A stretch of DNA of 64,000 nt, from contig CAWALK010000020.1 of NCBI GenBank assembly GCA_963782915.1, forward strand, positions 192,001-256,000. The letters are read 5' to 3'. The translations under genes and the position numbers were made by a program. This document shows, piece after piece, positions 41,631 to 51,186 of the stretch. Each line of letters opens with the position of its first letter. Position 1 is the stretch's first letter. A model generated the notes under the pieces. The model did no database searches. It saw nothing but the letters and a program-made list of their open reading frames with translations, and was not told where the DNA came from. The DNA is from an uncultured archaeon. Its GTDB lineage: Archaea > Thermoproteota > Bathyarchaeia > Bathyarchaeales > Bathycorpusculaceae.

Positions 41631-41873
41631 ACCACCAATCTTTTAAACTCAATTGCGAAAATAAGACTATGTGGTTGTATAAAACTAGTAACTTATCTTA
41701 CGGTGCCTCTAGGGCTTCAATTGTTGGTTCGTCTCCTCCGGTCCGCGCGCGCAGTTTAATTCTTGATTTCTCTAGGGCCGCTATCTTAAGCGCGCGCAAA
41801 TTGAATTAACAAGTTAGGCTTTTGGCAGGCAATAGAAACCCTCAACAGAGTTTATTTAGAATGAAAATAATAT

Positions 41874-41914
41874 AAATCGTAATTTCAAGGACAGAATATT
41901 ACGTTTTTTTCGGA
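41874..41914 (+). repeat. 41-bp direct repeat, copy 2 (right edge of the cassette, just before hypF)
   Basis: aaatcgtaatttcaaggacagaatattacgtttttttcgga. Confidence 0.9.
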
Positions 41915-41961
41915 AACTATAAGAGAAAACTTCGAGCTTGATTTAAGTTAAGGTTAACTGT

Positions 41962-44244
41962 TTGCGCGTTAAACTCAACGTTTCGGGTATTGTGCAGGGT
42001 GTTGGTTTTAGGCCTTTCATCTACCGTACCGCCATTAGACATGGCTTGGCAGGGTATGTGCAAAATAGGGGCGATGCCGGAGTTGAGGTGCTGCTTGAAG
42101 GCAACGCGCAAAGTATCGAGCAGTTCATAGATAGTTTAGTTACAGGGAAACCGCCAAGGGCTAAAATAGACCGAATCAAGCGAGTTGAACTCTCAGGCAC
42201 CAACGAATATACAAAATTTACCATTATTCAAAGCTCCCAAGAAGCCGAACACCCCGGCTCCATCATACCACCCGACATCGCCATCTGCAACCAATGCCTC
42301 AAAGAACTCCGAAACCCAAACGATCCCCGCTACAACTACTTCTTCATAACCTGCACCGACTGCGGACCACGCTTCACCATCATCGAGCGGCTACCGTACG
42401 ACCGCGAAAACACAACCATGCGAGAGTTTCCGCTATGCGGTTTTTGCCAAAAAGAGTATGAGGACCCGGCGAATAGGCGGTTTCATGCCCAAACCGTGGC
42501 GTGTCCAACTTGCGGACCCAAAGCATACCTGACTACAGCATCAGGCGAAACAGTAGAAGTCAGTGACCCTGTGCGGGAAGCTGGACGATTGCTCTCCGAA
42601 GGCAGCATATTGGCAGTGAAGGGGTATGGGGGATTCCACATCGCCGCCTCCGCTATCCTTGAAGAGCCGCTTTTGCGGTTAAGGGAATCTAAGCATCGCC
42701 GTGAGAAACCCTTCGCCCTTATGGCGAGGGATTTGGATGCGGCAAAAAGCTTCGGTGAAGTGGGTGCAAAAGAACAGGAACTGCTGACTTCTCCTCAGCG
42801 CCCAATCGTACTGCTCAACAAAAGCAAAAACTATAACCTCTCATCTTTGGTCGCCCCACACCTGCATAACGTCGGCGTCATGCTGCCCTACACGGGGTTG
42901 CACTACATGCTCTTCGACCAAGTCGCGGATACATCGTTTGTTATGACTAGCGCCAACCCGCCCAACCAGCCCATAGTAAAGGACAACGATGCCGCTCTGG
43001 AAATCCTCGGCGGAACAGTCGATTATTTACTGTTTCACAACCGCAAAATAGCCCATAGATGCGACGACTCCGTCATGCGCGTCCACGGCAACCGAGAGGT
43101 ATTTCTCCGCAGAAGCCGAGGATACGCACCCGCTCCAATACGCCTAAAAACTAAGGCTAAACGTTGCGTTGTAGGTTTAGGCGCAGAATTAAACAACACC
43201 TCAACAGTGCTGCTTGACGATAAAGCCTTCATCAGCCAACATATCGGCGACGTAGAAAACATCGAAACCCAAACTTTCCTCCAAGAAGCCACACAGCATC
43301 TCCAGCGCCTAACCAATACCCGCGCTGAGGTAGTTGCCTGTGATTTGCACCCAAAATTTACAACCACTCGCTTAGCCAAAGAAATGGCGGAGTCAGCTGG
43401 GTTGCCGCTTGTTCAAGTCCAGCATCACCATGCACATGCCGCGGCGTTACTGGCGGAGCATGGTTTAGACGAAATTGTAGCGGTAACCTGCGATGGCTAT
43501 GGATATGGTTCTGATGGTGCTGCGTGGGGTGGAGAAATCCTCCATTGCACAAGCACCTCGGCAGGGTTCAGCAGACTTGCTCATTTAGAGCATCAGATGC
43601 TTTTGGGCGGTGACGTGGCAAGTCGGTACCCCCTGCGTTTGGCAGCGGCAATGCTGTCTAAAGCAGGCGTAGACGTTGAAGATTGGCTGCACCAAAACAG
43701 CGGTTTGCTGTCTTATGGTGAAATGGAAGCCGAACTAATCCTAAACCAACTAAAAAAAGGCACAGGAGCAGTTCAAACGACCAGTTGCGGCAGGGTTCTT
43801 GATGGGGTTTCGGCGCTTCTGGGGCTTTGTGAGGTTCGCAGTTATGAGGGTGAACCCGCCATGAAACTGGAATCAGCGGCGCTGTCTGGCAAAGATGTTT
43901 TGAAGCTTGAACCGCAAATTTACGGCAATATCTTGGGTACCTCTTTCTTGCTTAAGGCAGTCTATGAGAATTTAGGCAAGGTTTCTGTTGCAGACTTAGC
44001 CCACTCAGCCCACGTCTACATAGCTAAGGGTCTTGCAGCTTTAGCAATCGAACAAGCCCAAGATCAGGGCACAAAAAATGTGGGTTTCACAGGCGGCGCA
44101 GCCTGCAACCAACTCCTCGCCCAAATCATCCGAGAAGCCATCGAATCAGCCGGACTACAATTCTATGTTCACGAATCGGTTCCGGCAGGCGACGGCGGAA
44201 TCTCATTTGGACAGGCAATTGTCGCATCAAATTCGTCTTTCTAG
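41962..44244 (+). CDS. hypF: Carbamoyltransferase HypF
   Basis: GIVQGVGFRPF, zinc-finger CxxC pairs, KGYGGFH, QHHHAH, GDGGISFGQ. Confidence 0.97.
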   Translation: MRVKLNVSGIVQGVGFRPFIYRTAIRHGLAGYVQNRGDAGVEVLLEGNAQSIEQFIDSLVTGKPPRAKIDRIKRVELSGTNEYTKFTIIQSSQEAEHPGSIIPPDIAICNQCLKELRNPNDPRYNYFFITCTDCGPRFTIIERLPYDRENTTMREFPLCGFCQKEYEDPANRRFHAQTVACPTCGPKAYLTTASGETVEVSDPVREAGRLLSEGSILAVKGYGGFHIAASAILEEPLLRLRESKHRREKPFALMARDLDAAKSFGEVGAKEQELLTSPQRPIVLLNKSKNYNLSSLVAPHLHNVGVMLPYTGLHYMLFDQVADTSFVMTSANPPNQPIVKDNDAALEILGGTVDYLLFHNRKIAHRCDDSVMRVHGNREVFLRRSRGYAPAPIRLKTKAKRCVVGLGAELNNTSTVLLDDKAFISQHIGDVENIETQTFLQEATQHLQRLTNTRAEVVACDLHPKFTTTRLAKEMAESAGLPLVQVQHHHAHAAALLAEHGLDEIVAVTCDGYGYGSDGAAWGGEILHCTSTSAGFSRLAHLEHQMLLGGDVASRYPLRLAAAMLSKAGVDVEDWLHQNSGLLSYGEMEAELILNQLKKGTGAVQTTSCGRVLDGVSALLGLCEVRSYEGEPAMKLESAALSGKDVLKLEPQIYGNILGTSFLLKAVYENLGKVSVADLAHSAHVYIAKGLAALAIEQAQDQGTKNVGFTGGAACNQLLAQIIREAIESAGLQFYVHESVPAGDGGISFGQAIVASNSSF

Positions 44245-44295
44245 ACCAAACTGCTTTTATCGCCCAAAAACCCCTTTTTTAGTTATCTGATACTT

Positions 44296-44523
44296 ATGTG
44301 CCTAGCAATTCCAGCAAAAATCATGACGTTGGAAGGAGAAAAAGCCCAAGTTGATTTTGGACAGGGCGTATTGCGAGACGTTAACGTGTCGCTTGTTGAG
44401 GTTAAACTCGGCGAATACGTGCTTGTGCATGCAGGTTACGCAATTCAGGTTTTGGAAGAGAAAGAGGCGCTGGAGACTTTGAGCCTCTGGAATGACATTT
44501 TAGCCCAAGCGGGCGAAGAATAA
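44296..44523 (+). CDS. hypC: Hydrogenase assembly chaperone HypC
   Basis: MCLAIPA, YVLVHAGYA. Confidence 0.97.
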   Translation: MCLAIPAKIMTLEGEKAQVDFGQGVLRDVNVSLVEVKLGEYVLVHAGYAIQVLEEKEALETLSLWNDILAQAGEE

Positions 44524-44536
44524 CCGAGGCATCAGC

Positions 44537-45629
44537 ATGGCTGAGAACATGCGTTTTAGAAACCCCGAGGTAGCGCATACTATTGCACAGAAAATCCGTG
44601 ACGTTGCACCCAAGAAGGGGCAAGTTAAGATTTGTCATGTCTGCGGAACCCACGAATGGACCATAACCCATTTTGGATTGCGCAGTTTACTTGCCAGAAA
44701 ACGTTGAAGTCATTGCCGGACCAGGGTGTCCAGTTTGTATTGTGCCCGCCGCTGAAATCGACGAAGCCGTGCAACTGGCAAAACAGGGCAAAATCATAAC
44801 CTGCTTTGGCGACGTCTTACGCGTACCAGGCAGCGAATCCTCGCTTCTAGAAGCCAAAGCAGCAGGAGCAGACGTCAGAATCGTCTATGCGCTCTCTGAT
44901 GCGGTGGAAATGGCTAAAAAGGAACGTGAAAAAGAGTTTGTATTCTCAGCCGTTGGATTCGAAACAACCGCACCAATCACCGCCGTCGAAGCCTTAGGTG
45001 ATTTGCCTGAAAATTTCAGTTTCTTGGTTTCCCATCGCCTCATCCCACCCGCCATGGAGTTATTGTTGGGTGTTGAGGATTTGCAGATTGACGGATTCAT
45101 CGCACCCGGACATGTAAGCGCCATAATAGGCTTAAAACCCTACGAGTTATTCACCAAAGTCTACCGAATGCCAACCGTCGTCGCAGGCTTCGAACCCAAC
45201 GACGTGTTAATGTCCATCTACATGATACTAAAACAGCACAGCACAAGCGAAGCAGAATTAGAGAATGAATATTCACGTGTAGTGAAGCCAGAGGGCAACA
45301 AGAAAGCGTTAGAAGTTATGCGTAGAGCCTTCAAAGTTACGGCTGGCAACTGGCGTGGCATCGGGCGACTCGACGATTCAGCATTAGCCCTAAAAGACTC
45401 GCTCGCAGAGTTTGATGCACGCAAAAAATATAGCCTCAAAGAAACGCAAGGAAAAGACATCCAAACCGGCTGCCAATGCCACCAAGTCATAGTCGGCAAA
45501 ATCAAACCCAACCAATGCCCCCTGTTCCTAAAAGCCTGCACCCCAGCCAAACCCGTCGGAGCCTGCATGGTCAGCAGCGAAGGAACCTGCCGTGTCTGGG
45601 CAAAAAACGTCGCCGCAAACACAGCTTAA
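44537..45629 (+). CDS. hypD: Hydrogenase maturation protein HypD (frameshift near 44690)
   Basis: HVCGTHE in the upstream frame; GPGCPVC, GFETT, PGHVS, GACMVSSEGTC. Confidence 0.95.
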
Positions 45630-45630
45630 C

Positions 45631-45939
45631 TTATTTTTTGAATTCCACAACTATGAGCTCGGCAGTTGTGTTGCCCGTGTTTGTAGCTTCATGGTCCTGT
45701 GCTTTTAAGAAAACTACTGAACCATCCGTTAAATTCATCTCGTCAGTTTTACCGGCTGAGGTTAACCTTAAGCGTCCGCCTTTTATGACATAAGCCATGT
45801 GGTCTGGGTGATGATGCATTTTTGCTGTATCGCCCGGTTTGAAGGTTGCTTTGAAGACTCTGGCGTTATCGTTTTCGTTTAGCAGTTTGTATACGTTGGA
45901 TGCTGTGGCCAGTGGGTCGTTGCGGTCTATGCTTTGCAT
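45631..45939 (-). CDS. Cupin domain protein
   Basis: FKPGDTAKMHHHPDH...HEATNTG; GGAGGTGA SD. Confidence 0.85.
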   Translation of the reverse strand: MQSIDRNDPLATASNVYKLLNENDNARVFKATFKPGDTAKMHHHPDHMAYVIKGGRLRLTSAGKTDEMNLTDGSVVFLKAQDHEATNTGNTTAELIVVEFKK

Positions 45940-45980
45940 GAATTCACCTCCACAAAACGCTCGCTAAAAAAAGTTAGGGT

Positions 45981-46109
45981 TTAGTGGCAGCAGCCATGTT
46001 TCTCTTCTTTTTTTGTCTTCACAAACAATGCTAATCCAAGGGCAGCCATGGCGAAGCCAACGGTTGCTATATGCAACCCCATATACTTTTTATATTCTCC
46101 CAAAAACAA
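45981..46109 (-). CDS. Single-TM microprotein ending in HGCCH: (MFLGEYKKY)MGLHIATVGFAMAALGLALFVKTKKEEKHGCCH
   Basis: Manual translation; GGTGA SD before TTG; TTTATAA box near 46140. Confidence 0.6.
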   Translation of the reverse strand: MFLGEYKKYMGLHIATVGFAMAALGLALFVKTKKEEKHGCCH

Positions 46110-46269
46110 TTCACCATCTTAGAAGGCAAGGAAAATTGCTTATAAAGTTGTGTTGTTTCCCCATGAAGCAGCGAAAGATCACTAAATATTTAATGCGCTT
46201 AATTCAGGAGGAAGCATAAAAGCCCAAATCCATAAAATGGCTGGGTTGAAGCCAAAAAACTCTGGCGGT

Positions 46270-46488
46270 TTATCTTATTGCTTCATCAATTATTTGATTT
46301 CGTTTTGTACTCGTAACTTCCTTGAAAAGTTCCAAGCACTCTTCTTTAGTTGGCGCTTCAATGGATATGCTGCCGTAAGCACCGATATCAATTCGATAGT
46401 TTCTGTCTCTTCCTCTTCGTTCCATTTCTTCAAGTTGTGCTATTTTATTTTCCCCTCTCGAAATTAATGTAAACATACTATGCACCAT
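46270..46488 (-). CDS. Small hypothetical protein (true start probably internal, near 46425-46443)
   Basis: MERRGRDRNYRIDIGAYGSISIEAPTKEECLELFKEV...; purine-rich GAGAGGGGAAA upstream of the internal start. Confidence 0.55.
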   Translation of the reverse strand: MVHSMFTLISRGENKIAQLEEMERRGRDRNYRIDIGAYGSISIEAPTKEECLELFKEVTSTKRNQIIDEAIR

Positions 46489-46586
46489 GTATTATATTCT
46501 TAATGTCTTTTGAGCGGTTCATTAATTTCTAGGGCTAACACTGTATCAATTTAATCAAATTAACGGTAACTGGTTAACTTAGAGAG

Positions 46587-46665
46587 AGGTGAAAAGAGGC
46601 TTAAACGCAAGTAAGGGAAATTGGAAGAGAGAGGGGAAACCTGCGTTTAAGCTGGCTTTTCACTT
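46587..46665 (-). ncRNA. Candidate small RNA: long stem with a 26-nt C/U-rich loop
   Basis: GTGAAAAG/CTTTTCAC plus GCTTAAACGCAGGT/ACTTGCGTTTAAGC; loop TTCCCCTCTCTCTTCCAATTTCCCTT; TATA-like ATTATAT near 46700. Confidence 0.5.
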
Positions 46666-46740
46666 CGCTTATCTACACTATGTCCCATATGAATGATATA
46701 ATGCGATGTGACTGCCTCAAGACAACAACAAACTTCGGGT

Positions 46741-47061
46741 TTAGTGTTGCATGGATTGAGCAATTTTCCAGGGTCTGATAACGCCGGGGTTATCCCAGTA
46801 TGCACAGCACATGCGAACGGTAACGAACATTTTTATGGCTTCGTTGTTGCAGAATTTTTTGTCCGATGCATCGGTTTTTGATCCGCCGGGCAGGGTTATT
46901 AAATCGGCTTCCTGCGCTCTTTTCATATCATCTTGATTTTTTGGGTCAAGGCCGCCTTGTGTGTTGAGTTCTGTTTGGTTGGTTGGTTCCCCATTTTTTG
47001 ATATGTAGAGGCAGTTATAGCAGTTGGTTCCCATAATCTTCTGTTTTTCCAAAGAAAACAT
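46741..47061 (-). CDS. Small Cys-rich protein (CxxC...C...CC-x2-W), possible Fe-S or Zn binding
   Basis: NCYNCLY, KFCNN, VTVRMCCAYWDNPG. Confidence 0.7.
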   Translation of the reverse strand: MFSLEKQKIMGTNCYNCLYISKNGEPTNQTELNTQGGLDPKNQDDMKRAQEADLITLPGGSKTDASDKKFCNNEAIKMFVTVRMCCAYWDNPGVIRPWKIAQSMQH

Positions 47062-47095
47062 CCTCCAAGAAATTAATTGTGTTTAGAATTGAATT

Positions 47096-47223
47096 GCCAA
47101 GTTGAGTCTAAACCCTAAGCAGACATCCTAACCGATTCAGCACACACCCAAGACACCGAAGTGCCCCAGGCTGTTACTAGCTTCAGCTTGGATACCACAG
47201 TAAGGCGTGTTCCTCAACTTGAC
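47096..47223 (-). ncRNA. Candidate rod-shaped structured RNA (128 nt) capped by cUUCGg, upstream of the Cys-rich ORF
   Basis: Nested helices GTCAAGTTGAG/CTCAACTTGGC, GCCTTA/TAGGGT, GGTATCC/GGATGTC, AGCTGA/TCGGTT, GGGGCAC-TTCG-GTGTCTT; G-U pairs work only on the minus strand. Confidence 0.6.
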
Positions 47224-47288
47224 ATCACAATGCAGACTCCACATTGAATTTAATCGTTTGTTGGCACACCCTGTAATTATCAATTAGC

Positions 47289-48869
47289 CTAACGTATAGT
47301 TTGGAAAACGAAAACCCGGTATGGCGTGGCTCCGAAGGTTTCTGCTAAGGTGAAATTGCCGCTTGAAACAACAATATCCGTGATGCTTTGGGCTGTGAAT
47401 GTTGAGTTGAAGTAGTTGTAGCCTGTGTTCTCGTCCAGCATCAAGTATTTTACGTGGTTCTGTTGGCAGAGATATGTAACTTCTGTTATGTTGAAGTCCA
47501 TCGGATAGGAATCCGGCGGCAGAGTTGGGTATTGAATTAAGGTGTTGTTTTTGCCTTCGTTTGCGTTTAGGTAGAATTTGAGGACGTTTATGTTGAGGTT
47601 GTTTATGGGGCACAACACCAAAATCGAATCCGACCCATTGATTCGTTGGGCGGCGTAGTGTGTTGCTTCGGGCAGAGGTATGTAAACGGTTTCGTTAGCA
47701 ACCCACTGCTGGGCTTCAACTACGCTGTAGATTGCCGCAGAAGCGGTCAATGCAATGAGGCATCCCGCAAGAACCTTGCCCAGCAGCTTCCTATTAGCGG
47801 GGGTATTGGCGTTTTTCCAGTAGTGCTCTGCTTTGCCGTATAGTGCAGCTACAAAAGAGGCGCCGGCAACCGCCACCACCGGATAAAGCGGCAAAACATA
47901 ACGCCAAGTCCGAGAAGCAATCAAAGTAAAAAACACATAAATCACAAGCAGCCAGACAAGAAAAAACCTGTCCGCCGGCTTTCGCCGCAGAGCAAACAAG
48001 CCAATCCCAAGCGCACCCAAAACAAAGATGCCAATCGAGATGGGATGGGCAAACGCTATTCCCGGAAATGTTGACTCGATTATGTAGAAGATGGGTATGG
48101 GGAATCTGATGCTGTAAATGTTGGCTTGTGCATCATTGATTTGGAGTAGGCTTAGCCATGGTGCTATTCCTCCCGAAACCGTCAATGCAGCCAACACTGG
48201 AATGACGATGGCTGCTACGCCTACAAGGAAGAGTGTAAAGCGTGAGAGCTTAGGCTTAAACTCTGCATGGTAAAGCAGCAACGGCAAACTAATTGCAATA
48301 ATCAGTCCTGCAAGGAGCGCCGGATACTTTATCAAAAAAGCGCAGCCCAACATCAAACCACAAAACACAATCATCTTGTCTTTGCCCGAATGGATCCACT
48401 CAAGAAACAGCCAAAACGCGGCAACCAAGAAAAACATAAGCGCAACCTCCAAAATCGACAACCGAGCAACCCAAATGAACCCTGGCATAACAGCCAAAAA
48501 AATGCAAGACAAGAAAGCAACCCTTCGGTTATATGCTTTTGAGGCAAGTTTAAACAAAACAACCAGGGTTAAGAGCGCAAAAACTACCGAGACAAACCTT
48601 CCAACCCATAAACTGGCACCAAATGCAGTGAAAACTCCCGCAGTTACTATGTCAAACAAGGGCGGATAGAACGTAGTCGCCAAATACTCCGAGATTCGCC
48701 CCTGAGAAAGCAACAAAGCACCATACAAATGTGGGGTTTCATCCCAAAGGATGCTCTTAAACGCCAAATCAAAAGACAACAGCACAGCACAGGCAACGAT
48801 GAAGAGCAGGAAAAGCAGTTCCCACCTTCCAAGCCGTCGCAGTCGAGTGCTGATTTGAGAGAGCATCAT
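47289..48869 (-). CDS. GT-C fold glycosyltransferase (family 39, ArnT/PMT-like)
   Basis: LWDETPH, YPPLF, RFVSVVF, FLIKYP, RYVLPLYP; many TM helices. Confidence 0.88.
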   Translation of the reverse strand: MMLSQISTRLRRLGRWELLFLLFIVACAVLLSFDLAFKSILWDETPHLYGALLLSQGRISEYLATTFYPPLFDIVTAGVFTAFGASLWVGRFVSVVFALLTLVVLFKLASKAYNRRVAFLSCIFLAVMPGFIWVARLSILEVALMFFLVAAFWLFLEWIHSGKDKMIVFCGLMLGCAFLIKYPALLAGLIIAISLPLLLYHAEFKPKLSRFTLFLVGVAAIVIPVLAALTVSGGIAPWLSLLQINDAQANIYSIRFPIPIFYIIESTFPGIAFAHPISIGIFVLGALGIGLFALRRKPADRFFLVWLLVIYVFFTLIASRTWRYVLPLYPVVAVAGASFVAALYGKAEHYWKNANTPANRKLLGKVLAGCLIALTASAAIYSVVEAQQWVANETVYIPLPEATHYAAQRINGSDSILVLCPINNLNINVLKFYLNANEGKNNTLIQYPTLPPDSYPMDFNITEVTYLCQQNHVKYLMLDENTGYNYFNSTFTAQSITDIVVSSGNFTLAETFGATPYRVFVFQTIR

Positions 48870-48935
48870 ATTACCTGTTAAGCCTAAAAAATGGGGCGAC
48901 GGCATTTATAATTTTGCAGACAGCCGCAGTTTTGC

Positions 48936-50001
48936 TTAGCAGATTCTTGGTACTGGGTCGCCGACTGGTCGCGCAATTATTCTTTTGCCGCCAACCAGCG
49001 TCTGCATCGCTACGCCACGGAATTGTGTGGTGGCTTCGCCGATTATCTGTGCTTCTTTACCCTGGGGTGTTTGCCTCAGAAACTCTAAGGCTTCCTCTGC
49101 CTTTTCGGGAACAACGCCGATGATGAGTTTGCCTTCGTTGCCGATTTCAAGGGGGTCTAATCCGAGCATTTCGCAGGCGGTTTGTACGTCTGGGTGGATG
49201 GGGACTTTGTCTTCGTATGTTAATATGCCAACGTGGGATTTTTCGGTCCATTCGTTGAGGGCATCTGCTAAGCCGCCGCGGGTGGGGTCTTTCATGGCAA
49301 CTACTCCCCCGACTTCACCCAATAGTCGCTGCACCATTTTGTTGAGGGGTTTCACATCAGATTTGATTTCGCTGCCAAACTTTAGCCCCTGCTGAGCTGA
49401 GAGCACGGCAATTCCGTGGTCGCCGATGGCGCCTGTAAGAATGATTTTGTCGCCTACCGCTATGTTGGAGTCGAGTGTCCAGCGGGCTTTAAGCTCCCGA
49501 GTTTTCCTGACAACTTCGAGGTTGCTGTCTAAGGCTGCGGTGCGTTTGCCGATGCCTGAAACGTTCATGACTAAGCCACCCAAGGCGCCTTTCTCGACAA
49601 CTTTGGTGTCGCCTGTGACGATGCCAACGTCTGCTTCAAGGCATGCTTCCCGCATGCTGGCGAGCACCCGCTCTAAATCTGAAATCAGCAACCCCTCTTC
49701 CAAGATGAGCCCGCATGCTAATGCAAACGGCTGTGCACCCAAACAACGAAATGTCGTTTACTGTGCCCGAAATGGCGATTCTGCCGATGTCGCCGCCTGG
49801 GAAAAATATGGGCTTCACCGCATGAGAATCACTCTTAAACACCACATCACCCACGACTGCCGCGTCATCCATAGCTTCGAGTGGGACTTCTGCGTTGGCG
49901 ATGCCGCCGAAGGCTTTAACGACGTAGTTTTTGACTAAGTCATGCATGACTGTGCCGCCTGCGCCATGCAGCATAGTGATCTTCTCATTTTTTGATGCCA
50001 T
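48936..50001 (-). CDS. hypE: Hydrogenase maturation protein HypE (frameshift near 49740)
   Basis: HGAGG, DSHAVKPIFFPGGDIG, TGDTKVV, KDPTRGG, C-terminal PRIC. Confidence 0.95.
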
Positions 50002-50149
50002 TGTGGTTGCTCCTAAAGGGTAAAATAGGAAGGTTAAAAGTGAAACATAAACAAATCGCACCATGAATACAAACTGTGTATGGTATCCAATAATTTTTTA
50101 TAACAAAGCCACTCGAATATACGGAAGAGTAAATCGAGGCAGAACTAAC

Positions 50150-50590
50150 ATGGCTAATCAACAAGTAAGTAACCCGCCCAGTGCAGCTTATTACCTGACA
50201 CTAATCGGCGGCATATTAGGCGTAATAGTTGGAATATTCTTAATCTTCATCCTCGTCGGCGTCTGGATAATAATTGCAAACGTCCTGATGATTATTTATG
50301 CACAACGTATCCTGGCTCAACCAACAGAACATTCACACTATGGAACCTACATCATAATACTATCAATACTTTCAGGATTGAACCTCTTATGCTTGATCGG
50401 AGGCATACTCGCAGTAACATACCAACCAATGCCCACTCTGGCAGCGTCACAACCTTACCAAACAACCGCACCCTACACACAGCCAACAGGGTATGCCTAT
50501 GCATCCACCAAGTATTGCCCACAATGCGGTAACGCAGTCGGCGGAGAAGCCCAATTTTGCCCAAAATGCGGCAAAAAACTCTCCCCATAA
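50150..50590 (+). CDS. Membrane protein with C-terminal zinc ribbon
   Basis: TM helices then YCPQCG...FCPKCG. Confidence 0.8.
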   Translation: MANQQVSNPPSAAYYLTLIGGILGVIVGIFLIFILVGVWIIIANVLMIIYAQRILAQPTEHSHYGTYIIILSILSGLNLLCLIGGILAVTYQPMPTLAASQPYQTTAPYTQPTGYAYASTKYCPQCGNAVGGEAQFCPKCGKKLSP

Positions 50591-50602
50591 ACCTTTTTAA
50601 TT

Positions 50603-51026
50603 TTAGAGCTTCCCTCTAAGCTGCGCCCTAACCGTTTCAAAACAGAACCCAACAGCACAAACCGCAATAACCACCGCAGCAAAAAAATAACCACTCGTCA
50701 ACACAACAGGTCTAAAAAAAGCCAAATCAACCACAAGCCCAATAACCGCAAAAATTGCGTAGAAAAGATACCGCGGCACAAAATAGCGGCTAATTTTTAT
50801 GGTATCTTCCAAAATAACTCTGTCAACAACGTAATCTTCCGTTTTCCCGCTTTATCAACCCAGCGTCTTCAAGTTTTGCGAGATGATAAACCGCCAGTGA
50901 AGGCGAACTCAAATTTAGTGCTCTTTGAACTTCGCGGGTTCCCTGAGGTTTGCCTTTTTTGAGTAGGTAACGGTAGATTTCAAGTGTTGTTCCCTTGAGT
51001 ACATCTTCCGCTTTATCCGACCCCAT
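50603..51026 (-). CDS. HTH regulator fused to two TM helices (frameshift near 50830)
   Basis: LKGTTLEIYRYLL..REVQRALNLSSPSLAVYHLAKL; PRYLFYAIF TM region downstream. Confidence 0.75.
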
Positions 51027-51186
51027 GGTATACCATCGTTCTTTTTCCAGTAGGGTTGGGTCTGATTTAAGCGCATCCATGTTCAAGAGTTTAGAACGGT
51101 TCCATGGGGGTTAAGCAGAGGTGTTCAAAACTGTAGAATTAAGTATGCACTTACCCATTGGCATATTAATTTGTTGAAGTGACCCT

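Noticed and set aside
41700-41805. GC-rich patch with two GCGCGCGC and two CTCTAGGGC copies, and a 33-codon minus-strand ORF
   Set aside because: Short and without clear SD or promoter support; cannot be told apart from a decayed fragment.
47096-47223. Reading the rod RNA as an H/ACA guide or a BHB intron
   Set aside because: No ACA box directly after the basal stem, no clear K-turn, and the candidate central helix is only 3 bp; left unassigned.
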